Source: Rotaria socialis
Taxonomy: Eukaryota
Length of the DNA: 39,936 nucleotides
Direction: 5' to 3'
Assembly: GCA_905331295.1 (NCBI GenBank)
Contig: CAJNYD010000459.1
Coordinates: 248,001 to 287,936 of the forward strand
In this document: positions 1 through 11,805 of the stretch, piece by piece
Layout: every line of letters begins with the position of its first letter
How positions within the stretch are numbered: position 1 is the first letter of the stretch
Made by a program: the position numbers and the translations under genes
Notes under the pieces: generated by a model
Database searches by the model: none
What the model was told of the DNA's origin: nothing
Seen by the model: the letters and a program-made list of their open reading frames with translations, nothing else

Positions 1-43
1 ACAAAGAATCGTTTCGGTAAAGATATCGAATTTTAAATTTTAG

Positions 44-255
44 GCATTATCTGTGATAGTTCAAATCAATTGATTCTTGCTGATCGTTATACATCGAAAA
101 TATTTGCTATGAGCGATGGAAATCAACAAGTTATTCATTTTCGTGGTGATAGAATGAAAGCACCACACTACGTATGTTTTACTAATGATCAAAATACGAT
201 GATTGTTAGTGATGTTGGAAATAATACAGTACAATTTTATGAAAAAAACAAATAA
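44..255 (+). CDS. NHL-repeat (beta-propeller) protein, last exon (partial gene)
   Basis: Acceptor ttttag ends at 43; reads GIICDSSNQLILADRYTSKIF...KAPHYVCFTNDQNTMIVSDVGNNTVQFYEKNK*, two NHL-like units (GI.xD..L.xAD; P..V......IVSD.GNN.VQ); AATAAA motifs at the stop and near 327. Confidence 0.75.
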
Positions 256-369
256 AATGCTTTTCACTCCTTGTAGAAACTATTCCCGACAAGGAAAAAG
301 AGACGTATATTTTTTTTTCTCATTCAAATAAATAAGATTCAGAAAAGATAAAACGTCATGAAGACTTAC

Positions 370-591
370 ATTTTTATCTGGTTCTTGTTGGCAACGATGA
401 ACTTGAAGAAAAATAGAACGTAATTCACTAATACATTGCCGATGATCATCGTCGTCTTCTTTTTGTTGATGAATTTTATTTGACGACTAGAAGGGCAAAA
501 TTAAAAGAAGAATTCATTCAAAATAGAAAAAAACACCAATACGAACTTCGTCCATAGGAATCGATTCACTCATTTCAACATTATTAGTCAT
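370..591 (-). CDS. First two exons (547-591, 370-486) of a putative gene of unknown function; downstream exons unresolved
   Basis: ATG at 591: MTNNVEMSESIPMDE, 60-nt intron (gttcgt...ttctag), then SSNKIHQQKEDDDDHRQCISELRSIFLQVHRCQQEPDKN followed by a phase-0 GTAAGT donor at 369. Absent from the ORF track. Confidence 0.5.
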
Positions 592-1637
592 TTTTTTAAA
601 TTTGATCTAAAAATGAGAAAAGTCTTATTCTAACTTTCGAATATGCTAACTTCATTTACAACTATTAAAAAATAAAAGAAAGAAAATTGCATGAAAATCA
701 AGCGATTGGTACGAATAAGAACACTAACAAATACCATAGAGCGAATCTGTCACGATAAACGTATTCAATAATAGTTTAGATTATCAATCTTATATCTAAT
801 AGAAATTAATTCTAGCTCATCCTTTTCTAAAAACGAAGAATAACATGAAAGCCTTTGACTGGTAAATTATTAATATTCAAGAGATTATTATCGCTGTCAT
901 GAAACATCATTTAGAATTATCTTTATCCGTGATAGATATAAAGCTTAATAAAATTATTATCAGCATTTAATATCAATTCTAATTTAATTTTAGATTAGGC
1001 TAATGCTCTTCATATACATTCTATATTTATTACTGCTCCTTTTGTTTTGTATTCTTAACAAATACGCTATTTATTCTCTCGGATAATAAACCTTTGGTTA
1101 TTAATAAAAAAAACTTTAATATACACAATAATGCCAATGATCATTGGCGTTTTAGAAAACTTTAAAAATTCAACAGACGTTCTGGAATGTCAAAAGCGAT
1201 GTTAGCGTCTTGTACATGAAACGAATGCCGTCGTATCAAATAGTATATCATATTAAAGTAATATTCAATAAAACTTCTAATAGTAATAACTCTTTTTTAT
1301 AGTCGCTTTTCGATCGTCCTAGCGATCAATCTGTGAACTCATAAAACAAGATAAGCTTACGTATATCTTTATATCAGTTTTCTTTACAGAAAATATTCAT
1401 ACAAAACGCTCAAATTCAATTTATTTCAAAGTAACTAAACTACATAGTATACAGATAATACTATGACGATAATCTTTCAGAAAATCGAAAGTAGAAGAAG
1501 AAAAAAAATGTGCGAAATACAATTCTATTTATTCTACGTGTTCTTTCAGTAAGATAAGAACGTTAATTATCGATGATAGATAAATCGGCTTAGCGTAACA
1601 CATGGGGAGAAATACTTGGAAACAATAGACTCATAAA

Positions 1638-2015
1638 ATGACCACTGACCTGAAATATGAACTTGCTATGGCTGAGTGTGATTCTCTACGTCGACAATTA
1701 AAAGATGCTTATAGTAAATGCACAGCAATTTATGAAGCACTTTCAATACTTGATGAACACTCGACAAAGGAACGGACTTTACTTGAAAAATTAATTCTTG
1801 ATTTAAAACAAACAATAAAAGTTGAATTGGAAAAAAATATGAATTTATATGTTGAAAAATTACAAACTGAACAAAAAGAAAAATATTTTAAACGAGAACT
1901 ACATGATAAAACACAAGATCTTAATACGATGATGCTTAAATATCGGCGACTTTACATAAATAAGCAACAGGAAAAATACATTCAAGATAATCTCATTATT
2001 CAAGTGAAGAAATAA
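1638..2015 (+). CDS. Coiled-coil protein, truncated or possibly pseudogenised paralogue of the gene at 2867-3508
   Basis: 125-aa heptad-rich ORF; 26/80 identities without gaps to the downstream ORF (hand count); upstream sequence aligns to the paralogue but carries a stop and a 2-nt deletion. Confidence 0.6.
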   Translation: MTTDLKYELAMAECDSLRRQLKDAYSKCTAIYEALSILDEHSTKERTLLEKLILDLKQTIKVELEKNMNLYVEKLQTEQKEKYFKRELHDKTQDLNTMMLKYRRLYINKQQEKYIQDNLIIQVKK

Positions 2016-2866
2016 AAAGAAAAATTGATCATTCCATATCTAACGAATTTTTGTAAAACATTTTTTCTTATTGATCAAATTGTTTAACATTAAGCGCTAA
2101 TCAATAACGAAACATGTAATTCCTATAGAGGTCATTGTACTTTGTTTAGATGTTGTCTTTTTCTGTTCTTTCAAAAATACTAGTAAAAATAAAATTGAAC
2201 TTAAATGGAAGAAATAAAGGTTAGTTTAATTTGAATTATAAAAATAACTTTGATTCTAAGAGATTACATTCAAGAATTTCGTTAAATTTTCATTAAATTG
2301 ATATAGAAAATTCTTCAGAAATCAAAATTGTACAAAATAAAGGATGATTCCATGGATACAGAGAGAGAGAGAGAACGAGAAAATAAATCTTCTTGAAATA
2401 TTAATCCCTCCGTATGAACAAATTTATCCTTTTCGACAGGTAGAATTATCTAATATTAAACAAATTCAATGAGTATACTATATTTTCAGTATAAAATGCA
2501 GACAGATCAATCAACATGATCGTTAATGTGACATGAAAATATAGCTTGCCATTAGGATTACCTTATCTACTAAAACTCCGGATCGGTCATCAATTATTTC
2601 TAAAGAATTAGCGATGAAAGTATTATTGCAAATTAGATAGATTAATCGGCTTTTATTGAAATTCATTTGCGATAGATATTAACTAATTAATCAAGTGATT
2701 TCTCCGTCAAATATGTTATTCAACTGATAACACAAATAGCTTCCTTTTTGGGTACCTTTCTGATATTATAGATTGATTGCTCGTTTTTTGTTTTTTGTCA
2801 GATTCACCCAGCGAGTTATTTTTTTACGCAATAGTTTATCTGTTTTGTTTCTACGCATGCTTTTAG

Positions 2867-3508
2867 GACGACAGTACATCATTATTTATACATTCTCAGC
2901 TTCATTCTGTAATAGCATCCCAACGTGCTACAATAGAATCTCTGCGTGATTCATTAATACGAACACATGTACCTCGAAATGAATATGATGCACTTGCTAG
3001 TGAACTTGAAGACTCTCAAAATAACGCCACTGACCTACAAAATCAACTCGATATATCTGTAGCTCATTCGAATGATTTACAAAATCAACTAGATCTTGCA
3101 AATACAGTTGTTAATCAACTGCAAACAGAACTCGATGATGCTCGTGCAAAATTAACATCGACTTATGAAGTATTGAATGCAGCTTGTTCAAAGATTGATT
3201 GCGAACGTGCTGAATTTGAAAAATCCTTACAACATATTCGTCGTACAACGGTGGATGAAATTCGTAAAAATTCTGAACTATACGCTAAAACGCTTGCCAT
3301 GGAACAAACATATGTAGCACAACGTCAAGCACTGGATACCAAAACAAATGAATTAAAACAATTAGAAAAACGTTTATCAAAACAAGAAGAGCATGCAACA
3401 AATAAAATCAATAAATTAGCTGTTAAATTAGAACAAGAAAAATTTATTTCAAGAGAAATTGTTCAAACAGGACCGAACAATTTAGTAAAATCGAAAAATA
3501 AAAAGTGA
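2867..3508 (+). CDS. Coiled-coil protein, large terminal exon (213 aa; 5' exons not resolved)
   Basis: Frame is open from the acceptor ttttag (2866): DDSTSLFIHSQLHSVIASQRATIESLRDSL...TDLQNQLDISVAHSNDLQNQLDLANTVVNQLQTELDDARAKL...KSKNKK*; longer than the 111-aa ORF-track call. Confidence 0.7.
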   Translation, partial: DDSTSLFIHSQLHSVIASQRATIESLRDSLIRTHVPRNEYDALASELEDSQNNATDLQNQLDISVAHSNDLQNQLDLANTVVNQLQTELDDARAKLTSTYEVLNAACSKIDCERAEFEKSLQHIRRTTVDEIRKNSELYAKTLAMEQTYVAQRQALDTKTNELKQLEKRLSKQEEHATNKINKLAVKLEQEKFISREIVQTGPNNLVKSKNKK

Positions 3509-4774
3509 TTTGTATCGGTTTGTTTTTAGTTGAATTGTATTAAGCAATAATAATATTTGTTTTATATATATATATACTACCTTAAAAAGTGAAATCGAAT
3601 TTTATTTATGCTTATTTGTACATATCGATTATGAAATCTAATGGATCATATTTCTACAATATAGAAAACCCTCGAAGGAGTGAATCATTTTTTGCCCATT
3701 ATAGTAATCAGTAATGAAATAAGTAAAAATGAATCCATATCGTATTCAATCACCATCATTGTTCTTTCAAAAAATAGACACGACTCACATTTATATTATT
3801 CTTATGAAAGAATAAATCAGCCAGAGGTAATATCCAATCATAGATTTGAGCTGTCTCGAAATAAAGAACATCTATATATGCGTCTCGCGTTCAGAAAGAG
3901 CCGATAAGGCGTGTGCTTAGAGTTTACTTTGCAAAGAAAATTGAATATCTTTCGATTAAATCAATCGGCCACACTTACAATTTTTATTTGATAACGATAA
4001 GTAACTCAAATTACAATTAGAGTTCATCTATAGTATTTATTATCGCTTCTTATTACCAAGAAACATTACTATGTCGAGATCAAAAGTTCTTCCTTCACTT
4101 GGCTACGGAAGCATTCTATAATAAAGGCTACGTCTGTTGCAAAATACCGATAGACTTACACATAATGATATGCTACGGATAATTTTATTCATTATTTTAT
4201 CTGTTACTCATACAGAAATTTTTGAAATAAAAAGTTGACCTCATGAAAACCTTATTTTTCATTTTCAAATAATATGAGATTTGACTTAATACTCAATATT
4301 GATCTATCAGATGCGATCTGATTCAAACTGAACAATCCGAATAGATCCACAATCAAAAGTTGGTATCGTGATGCGAAAATTGTTTTCTTTTTTAAATATA
4401 CGTATCTGTTATGCAGACATAGATGAAACAGGGAATCACTATTTCACGGAAATACTTTGCATTATTTGCAAGTAAATGCGTGACATATTTATTTTTTAAA
4501 ACAGCAACGATAAATAAAACAACATAAAATAAATATTTCCTCAGGTCACAACGAAAAGAACCACTGGAATAATTGCACATTATACATATAAATATATATA
4601 TCTGTGAGATAAATGCATGACTAAATACGAACAACGTCAAAAAATAACAAAGATCAATAGATATACTTGTGAATATTAAATGATTTCTTTAAATAATAGG
4701 GGAAAACAACTAACGGCATACCACAACGGCAAAAAATAAAACATTAATATTTTCACATTTTTTAGTTTTTATTC

Positions 4775-7700
4775 TTATTTATTATCAACTAATTGTTGTA
4801 ATTCAAGTACTAATTCTCTTGCCGCCCGTAAGATCTCTCGAGTGTCATGGCGTTCAGCCATTTCTAAAGAAGAACAAAAAAAGAAAGAAGTTCAATGGAA
4901 AAGAAAATTGGCGGAAAATTTATAAGCATACCATTAAAAAATCTAATAATATCTGTAAAATCCATTCGATTATCTAGTATTATTTCTCGATAAGCTTTTA
5001 ACATCGCTAATGCAATAAATAAAACAAATCTTTTCGATACTGTTCGTCGAGCAGCAGCTATTGTTTCCCATACCAAAAAGATATCCTCATAAATAAATTC
5101 TATAAAACAAAACAAAACAAAAATAATTATTGATTCACAAAATAGAATGATTTACCTCGTTTAAAATCTAATAAAAACCATCGATAACAAAAGTAGAAGT
5201 GAGTAAAATCTCCTGTACGATGAATGTGCTCATAAAGTTCAAAATCCAAAATTTGTAATAATGAACGCATATGGCCAAAATGTTCATCCATACCAGCTCC
5301 ATGAGGAAAGTTTGGTAAAAGACGTTTCATTAAATAGCAAAAACAACTGTATGCTATCACTTCTAAACATTCAATATACAAACAAAAAAACGATTATATA
5401 CATTTTATTAAGTAATGTTTCTATTCACCTTCATCAAAAACGACAAGTAACGGTGCTACAAGATCACACATTCCTTGAATATAACCGGTTGTTAAATTAT
5501 CCCATACATATCTGTATTAAAAAAAAGACGAATCGAATGATAAAAATATTTATTCTGCAATACAAAGCATTTATCAAACAAAAAATCATTACAGATAGCT
5601 CTTTACTTTTAATATAGGATTATGTTCGTGTAGATATATAGGAATTGATTTGTTCATAGTTTAAGTTTCAATGTCAACTAGGGATGTAACAGTGTCTATA
5701 TTTTGCTTTTTCAGTTACTTTGTTTTGTAAATCATCTAGTGCACGTGTCACATTAAGATTACAAATAAAGTTGATACTAGTACTTTACATAATGAAATTA
5801 ATTATTGGCACACTGTTGAGAATAAGATAATATTTAAAAATTCTATAAGTATGCTAACTATGACAATGCTACTCAGAGTTCATGTGCTCAAGATTTTAAT
5901 TAAAAGCAAAAATAGATATTTTTAGCTAAACGTGATATTCCATAAATAGAACAAATGTTCTTTTAATCGCAAATGCTGTTGCAAAATCAATAGTATTAAT
6001 TATTTCTAATACGTATCATGCTTATGAAATTAAGGTTACTTTTTTTTATGTCAACGTCTATAGTATTTTAATTGTTGAATTTTAACTTAAATACAACAGG
6101 AAACATCAAATTCATGGAAATATCATTTTCTAAGATTTTCCAAAGGAATTTCTAAGCCACTTACGTGCACATAATATTTCTTAATTTTTTTAAATTATTC
6201 ATATTTGTAAAATATGTATAAGTTCGATCACATCTTGCAACATCTTTATCAATTCGATGTAAATTCACTGAGAAAGCATCAATAGTTTCCTTTGTAAATG
6301 ATCCATAGCAAATTGGTGTCAATGAACCATCTAGATCAAAAACTAGAAACTTCACTGAATCTAAGCGAAAATGCTTTTTACCTGATCCATTATTCGGCTG
6401 TTCGTCACTTAAAATTTCTACAGCATCCATATAAACATCAGTGCCAGACGTTAAGCTAGATGATGGCGATAAATGATTATCGAGAAGTTTTTGATCAACT
6501 TCATTATCTTGTTCGTTTATCAATATTTCATCATGATCAATGGGTTTGATGTGAGTATCATCTCCTTCATCCTCATCCGCATCTGTACTTGTGTCAATAA
6601 TATTATAAGGTGATGAACGATCAATAACAGATTCCGTACGTGTACGAGCAATCATTACAGATTTATTCGACGAACTTGATAGTAAACGGTTGTCATCAGT
6701 TGATGTTCTATCTGGGCTGGTCTCTTCTATAATCGGTATAGCAACAGTGTGTACAGCACAATCCTAAAGAAAATGAATATAAAAATACGAAATAGTCTTT
6801 TTAAAAATGATTTACTTCAAAGAAAACATCATTCGATAGATTGGAATCTTTTCTTTCAAGAGCATTCTGATGTGCAAATGACATTTTTTCTGGTATACTG
6901 GCAAGAACATGTTTTATTGATGTTAACGTGCTTTCAGTTACATTATGAGTCGTTTCAGAAGTAAAATTCAATAGTTTTGCCAGAGTATTTTTACGATTGT
7001 TTGAATTTTGAAGTTCAATTTGCATAACAATCTCTTCTGCACTGTGCCATTCATTTGTTAATTGATGATATCGTTCAATCGTAGTGTGATCAATTTTATT
7101 TCGATCTTCAATCGTTGATTCAAATGGATAATGTGAAAAAAGATATGGCCAAACCTTTCAGCAACAACAGAAAAAGAAAGAAGTGAAAAAGAAAGCTTTA
7201 CATTTTCTAAACGTTACTTGTTTTCGTATTGATGGTTCACAGCCTCCCGAATAAATTCTACGATAGATTTCCTTTTTATCAATTGGTAAATTTTCTTGTT
7301 GTTTATTAAGAAATAATTCAGTCCAATCAAAGGATGTTAGAGAAAAATTTGACGCTAATTCCTCATTATTTTCTATTTTTAATACTGGATTGACAAGTGA
7401 TGTTAAATGTATTCGAACAGTTTTCAAGTGACGACAATATGCAAACCAACCATAAAATGCACGCGATAATATTTGCCGACGCATCGTATTACATAACGAA
7501 GCCATTGATGACCTGATAGAATTTTATTTGAAAATAATTAAGAAATTTTATACAATTGAAACAGCGAAAAAATTTTCTTATAGTCCATTTTCAAAAACAA
7601 AAAAAGAATTTAACTTATCTCTAATATAGAGTGATAATTATATCATAGAAACATACTATCTTATTTGTAAATATACCTGAATCAACTATTGTCGGATAAC

Positions 7701-10700
7701 TTGATTGTTATTATGTGAACTCTCTTTGAAGATTATTCTTTTCTCGAAACAAATAGTTAGACATTGAATATTCTATGACAAGATTGAAAAGTATTTGAGT
7801 AACTGAAACAAGGGACATAATATAAGCTAGATTTAAATATCGATTTATTGTTATTATTATGCAGTATCCATGATCGAAAGGGAAATAGCAACAGCAAAAA
7901 TTTTTTATGCCGCTTCGTTTTAACTTATATGGCACGTTGAGTTCAAAGCCCACTGCAAATAGATGTTTCGGCAATATTTGAAGGTCGTTGTGAAACAGAA
8001 ATGGTAGCGCTCGGCCTCAAGAACTATCGAGAAGATGTGTTTCTTCACTTGTGTCTTTCCTAGAGTTTTCTCTTCCTTCCTCAAACTCAACGTGAAGCAC
8101 CTGGAAGAAAGTTTCAGGTGATAATTCTACAATATTATTCCGTTCTTTTTGTAAGTGTAGAGAGCCTTTTTGAAGTTGACTCAGGAAGATCCACGCAAAA
8201 TCATGCCAAGCAACATCTATTGAACAGATGAAAATAAGTATTCATCTGAACTAGGCTTCCCGTTGTTTTTCGAGAAATATAAATGTTTTAGGTAATTACT
8301 ATAATCTGGTTAATTACAGTGTTGGTTAGTTCTTTCTAATGCAAGAGTCCGAAGGCGCAACACTCAATTAGAATTATTAGCTTTACCAATTGATTAATAA
8401 AGAATTATTTCAATATGAAAATTTGATTTTTCATAGCATTCGGTTACCTGACTGAAATACTCCTGTGAAAACCAGTTGTTGGTGAAACATAAACAGGCGA
8501 TGTAGCAAATGTTGCATCTACAGGCGAAGCTGGTAATGGAGCACTGACGCTTGTTAATTTTGCTGATGGCGATAGTGATGATTGCGAAGACTGCGATGAA
8601 GAATCACTAGCTCCTGGTGACCATTGCTGTCGATTATTTTCATTGTTGTTTACTGTTTCTTCTAGACATGAAAAAGTACGGATGAAAATATGATCATAAA
8701 TACGAACAACAGAACAAATTTATAACATAAATAGGTTACAATCAAGGAGTTAAAAATATTCTGATTAAAATACCTTGTGAGAACAAGCCTCATACACATA
8801 AAGCATACGAATACAATTAGCGATATACTATACAATATAGATCACTAACGATTGGTAAAGAAAATAATTCGGAAAACGTAATCGCCAGTTGGTGATGATG
8901 TGTCTTCATCGGTTGTATCTGTATGCATTAGTTCAACAGTATCATCATCATTGGAACTCAAGGATATTGTAGGTTGTGGACGTTCTGTATGATGATGTAA
9001 TTTCGGTAGAACTTTTCCTAAAATGTAACCGTATTAAATATAAAGTATAATTCGGTACGTCAACTTTTCTTGTTTTTCTTTCCAGCAGAAGTTTTTTCAA
9101 AAACTTACCTTGCCCTTTTTCATATGCTAATGGAGGATCAAGTTGACCATCAGACGCAAGACCACTTTCTAGACAAGTAAGAAATGCTAATAAATGTCCA
9201 CCTCTGTCTTTTATATGAAATGGAGGATATTGAACACCATCACGACCAACAAATACAATACGATCACCATCAACTTAAAATAAAGAATATTTTTACAAGA
9301 TCTAAAACATATATTTATGTATTGTATACCGTAAAGATGACAATGGAGATAAACAATTGAAGACATATGTAGTGATACTGCATAATCCCAATAAACACTA
9401 AAGGAAAAATTGATAAAATAAAAATATTTATCGAACATTTGATCAAACCTATGTTTTTTCGAAGATTCTATTGCACTATTTGTTTCACATTCATTTATTC
9501 CTTCTGAATTTGATTTTGTATTTTCATTATAACCATTCATGAGTTGGTTTGGTGTCCATTTTAATATCAAACCATGATGAGTAAGATGTAACGATAAATA
9601 ACCAGGTATGGGTTCCTGACTAGGAACCTAATGTACAAAATCAAAAAAGGAGAATGCTTTTGTTTGCAATTGAAAGAAAAAGAATTCATTTCTATCTTAC
9701 CGGCTGCACGAAAACATTATTTTTTCCATAAATTAATTGTGATTTCGCATTTTGATGGAGTGATTCCACATAGTCTCGAGCAGAATTTGTTGGTATTAAT
9801 TGATTATGACGTTGAGCATCATCGCTTGATATACTTGCATGCCGTTTTAACTAAACATCCATTCTTTATTGTTAGAAAAAGAAGAAAAGGGCTAAAAATA
9901 AATTTTAATACATTTACTTGTAGACTTGGTCGATGTTTTGAAAAATAGGTGTGATTCATATTCATCATCAGTGTCGCTGGATTCGTCATTGTCCGATTAT
10001 TACTGTGCATACGATGACGTTGAACAAGTTCATCGGCATGTGGATCTGTCCATAAATGATCAGATGTTTTCACTCGTGTAAATTCAAGGGCACACACGCC
10101 AACTATACAAAAAAATGTAGAATAGTTTGTTGCTTCGCTCTCCTATTTTTTTAGTATCTACCAAGAAGTGAAGCTAAAATAGGTCCTTGTACTGAATTAC
10201 AAACTAATGCATGCGGTTCATAATATTTTCTAGCAAAAAAAAATAAAATTGGAGAATACAAAAGCAAAATAAACGAGCTTCCAGAATACATACGAACTAT
10301 TGCCCACAATATATTCAACAATTTTATGTAGTGTTCGATGTATAAGTGCTGCACGTATCCATAAATATCGAGTAAATATTGCTGAACGAGTTGTTCGACG
10401 TCGAGTATTATCCACATTGGATGATATTTGATGTTGTGTTATACTTGATAATTTTCTAATTTTGAAATAAATGAATAAAACTAACTGATTTATCTACGAT
10501 ACGAATTTTTCTTACCTAGACAAAACAACTAAACTACTTGGCTCTTCATATTGCAGATTATCATCATTAATTATTTTGACAACTTCGTCAGCTGCTGGAC
10601 AAGTTTTAGCAAGTTTTTGTAAAAGTGCCATTGTTGTAGTTGTTTTAAATAGACCTACAGCTCGCCGTTTGAGACCATGTAGAAGACATGCTTCAACAGC

Positions 10701-11041
10701 AGCTAATATGAACAAAAATATTTTTCCATAATTAACCTAAAATTAGTTAATTTTACAGACCACAAAGTGTTGTTACACTACAATTTTCTTCATAAATACA
10801 CTTTTTCATGACAGCTTCTTCCATCATTTGTTTTACCTATGAATGATAATTAATTATTTAAAATTTCATACGTTTATACACAAACTTCGCGTTTCACATT
10901 CCATAATAGTTTTTGACGAAATTCTTCTTGTTCTATCATTGAAGAAAAAAAGTAAATTATATTACAGAGCGAGTGTGAGAAAAAAATTTAAATGAGAATC
11001 TTACGATCAATTTCAACATTTGCTTGATTTGAATCATCCAT
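4775..11041 (-). CDS. SGSM: Small G protein signalling modulator (SGSM1/SGSM2, RUTBC) family RabGAP: RUN + PH-like + TBC domains, about 1144 aa, 21 exons
   Basis: Exons 11005-11041, 10886-10932, 10761-10836, 10516-10702, 10294-10455, 10162-10229, 9918-10102, 9701-9850, 9449-9627, 9330-9397, 9109-9273, 8850-9017, 8448-8661, 7218-7512, 6816-7154, 6382-6763, 6165-6330, 5429-5511, 5156-5362, 4932-5099, 4775-4863 join in frame through GT-AG introns. Family motifs: [76 protein letters not shown] catalytic [10 protein letters not shown] and [18 protein letters not shown]. Confidence 0.95.
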
Positions 11042-11805
11042 GTTTGCGGGATTTAAATGATAATGATCAAAACATAATCAATTCTGGATTAGAATAAAAA
11101 ATAAGTTATATCGATATTTCAATGAAAGATATAGAAAACGAAGATGGCGTTTTGAACAATTTGAGGTCGAATAGTATTTAATTTGTTGCCCTCCGTCAGA
11201 CAATTACGCTACTGATTATTGTTTTTCTGTTTTTATTCTCGTTCTCCAGAACCCACCAAGAAAAGAACGAAAGAACTGACAATCAACACATAACTACACA
11301 GTATGTTCAAAAAACAAGGTTTTTAAAAACCAATAAAAATAGAGAAAATTGAAAGGAAAATTTTCTTTTGACTTTATTAATAGAAAAAAGATGGTGGAAA
11401 CATAAATTAAAAAAATTAAAAATAACAATTTGTAGATAGACCAAAGCAACTGCAAAACAGACTAACGTCATCTATGGCACGGAATCATTGGTGAAGAGAA
11501 TAAAGCTTGAATATGGAGAAACTTTTATTTTCAAATTTTATTTAATACTCAGTTGTATATTAAAATTCCTATTGGTAGCCATTAAAGCTTTCTAGAATTC
11601 TTTTCTAAAGAAAATCTTTTTCTTAACGTCTATAGTAAAATTTAATTTAAATTTATAGAAATATATTTCGTTTCTATTCATTTCTTTTTTTAAACATGAA
11701 CTTTACATGTTAACATAGACCTTTTTACTCAGTGAACTGATACATTCATTTTGTCAAATATTTTGCTCAATCTTGCCTAATGTTGCTGAATACGATACTT
11801 TCTAG

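Noticed and set aside
5261..5617. Plus-strand ORFs overlapping SGSM (also 6749-6964 and 9631-9948) and the GPCR (14225-14497, 15861-16064)
   Set aside because: Antisense shadows of well-supported exons with no recognisable motifs.
5679..5690. hAT-like terminus TAGGGATGTAAC in an SGSM intron
   Set aside because: No matching opposite end or TSD found.
7900..8280. GC-richer block in the long SGSM intron, possibly a transposon or gene remnant
   Set aside because: Frames I translated are interrupted and match nothing I recognise; no termini or TSD found.
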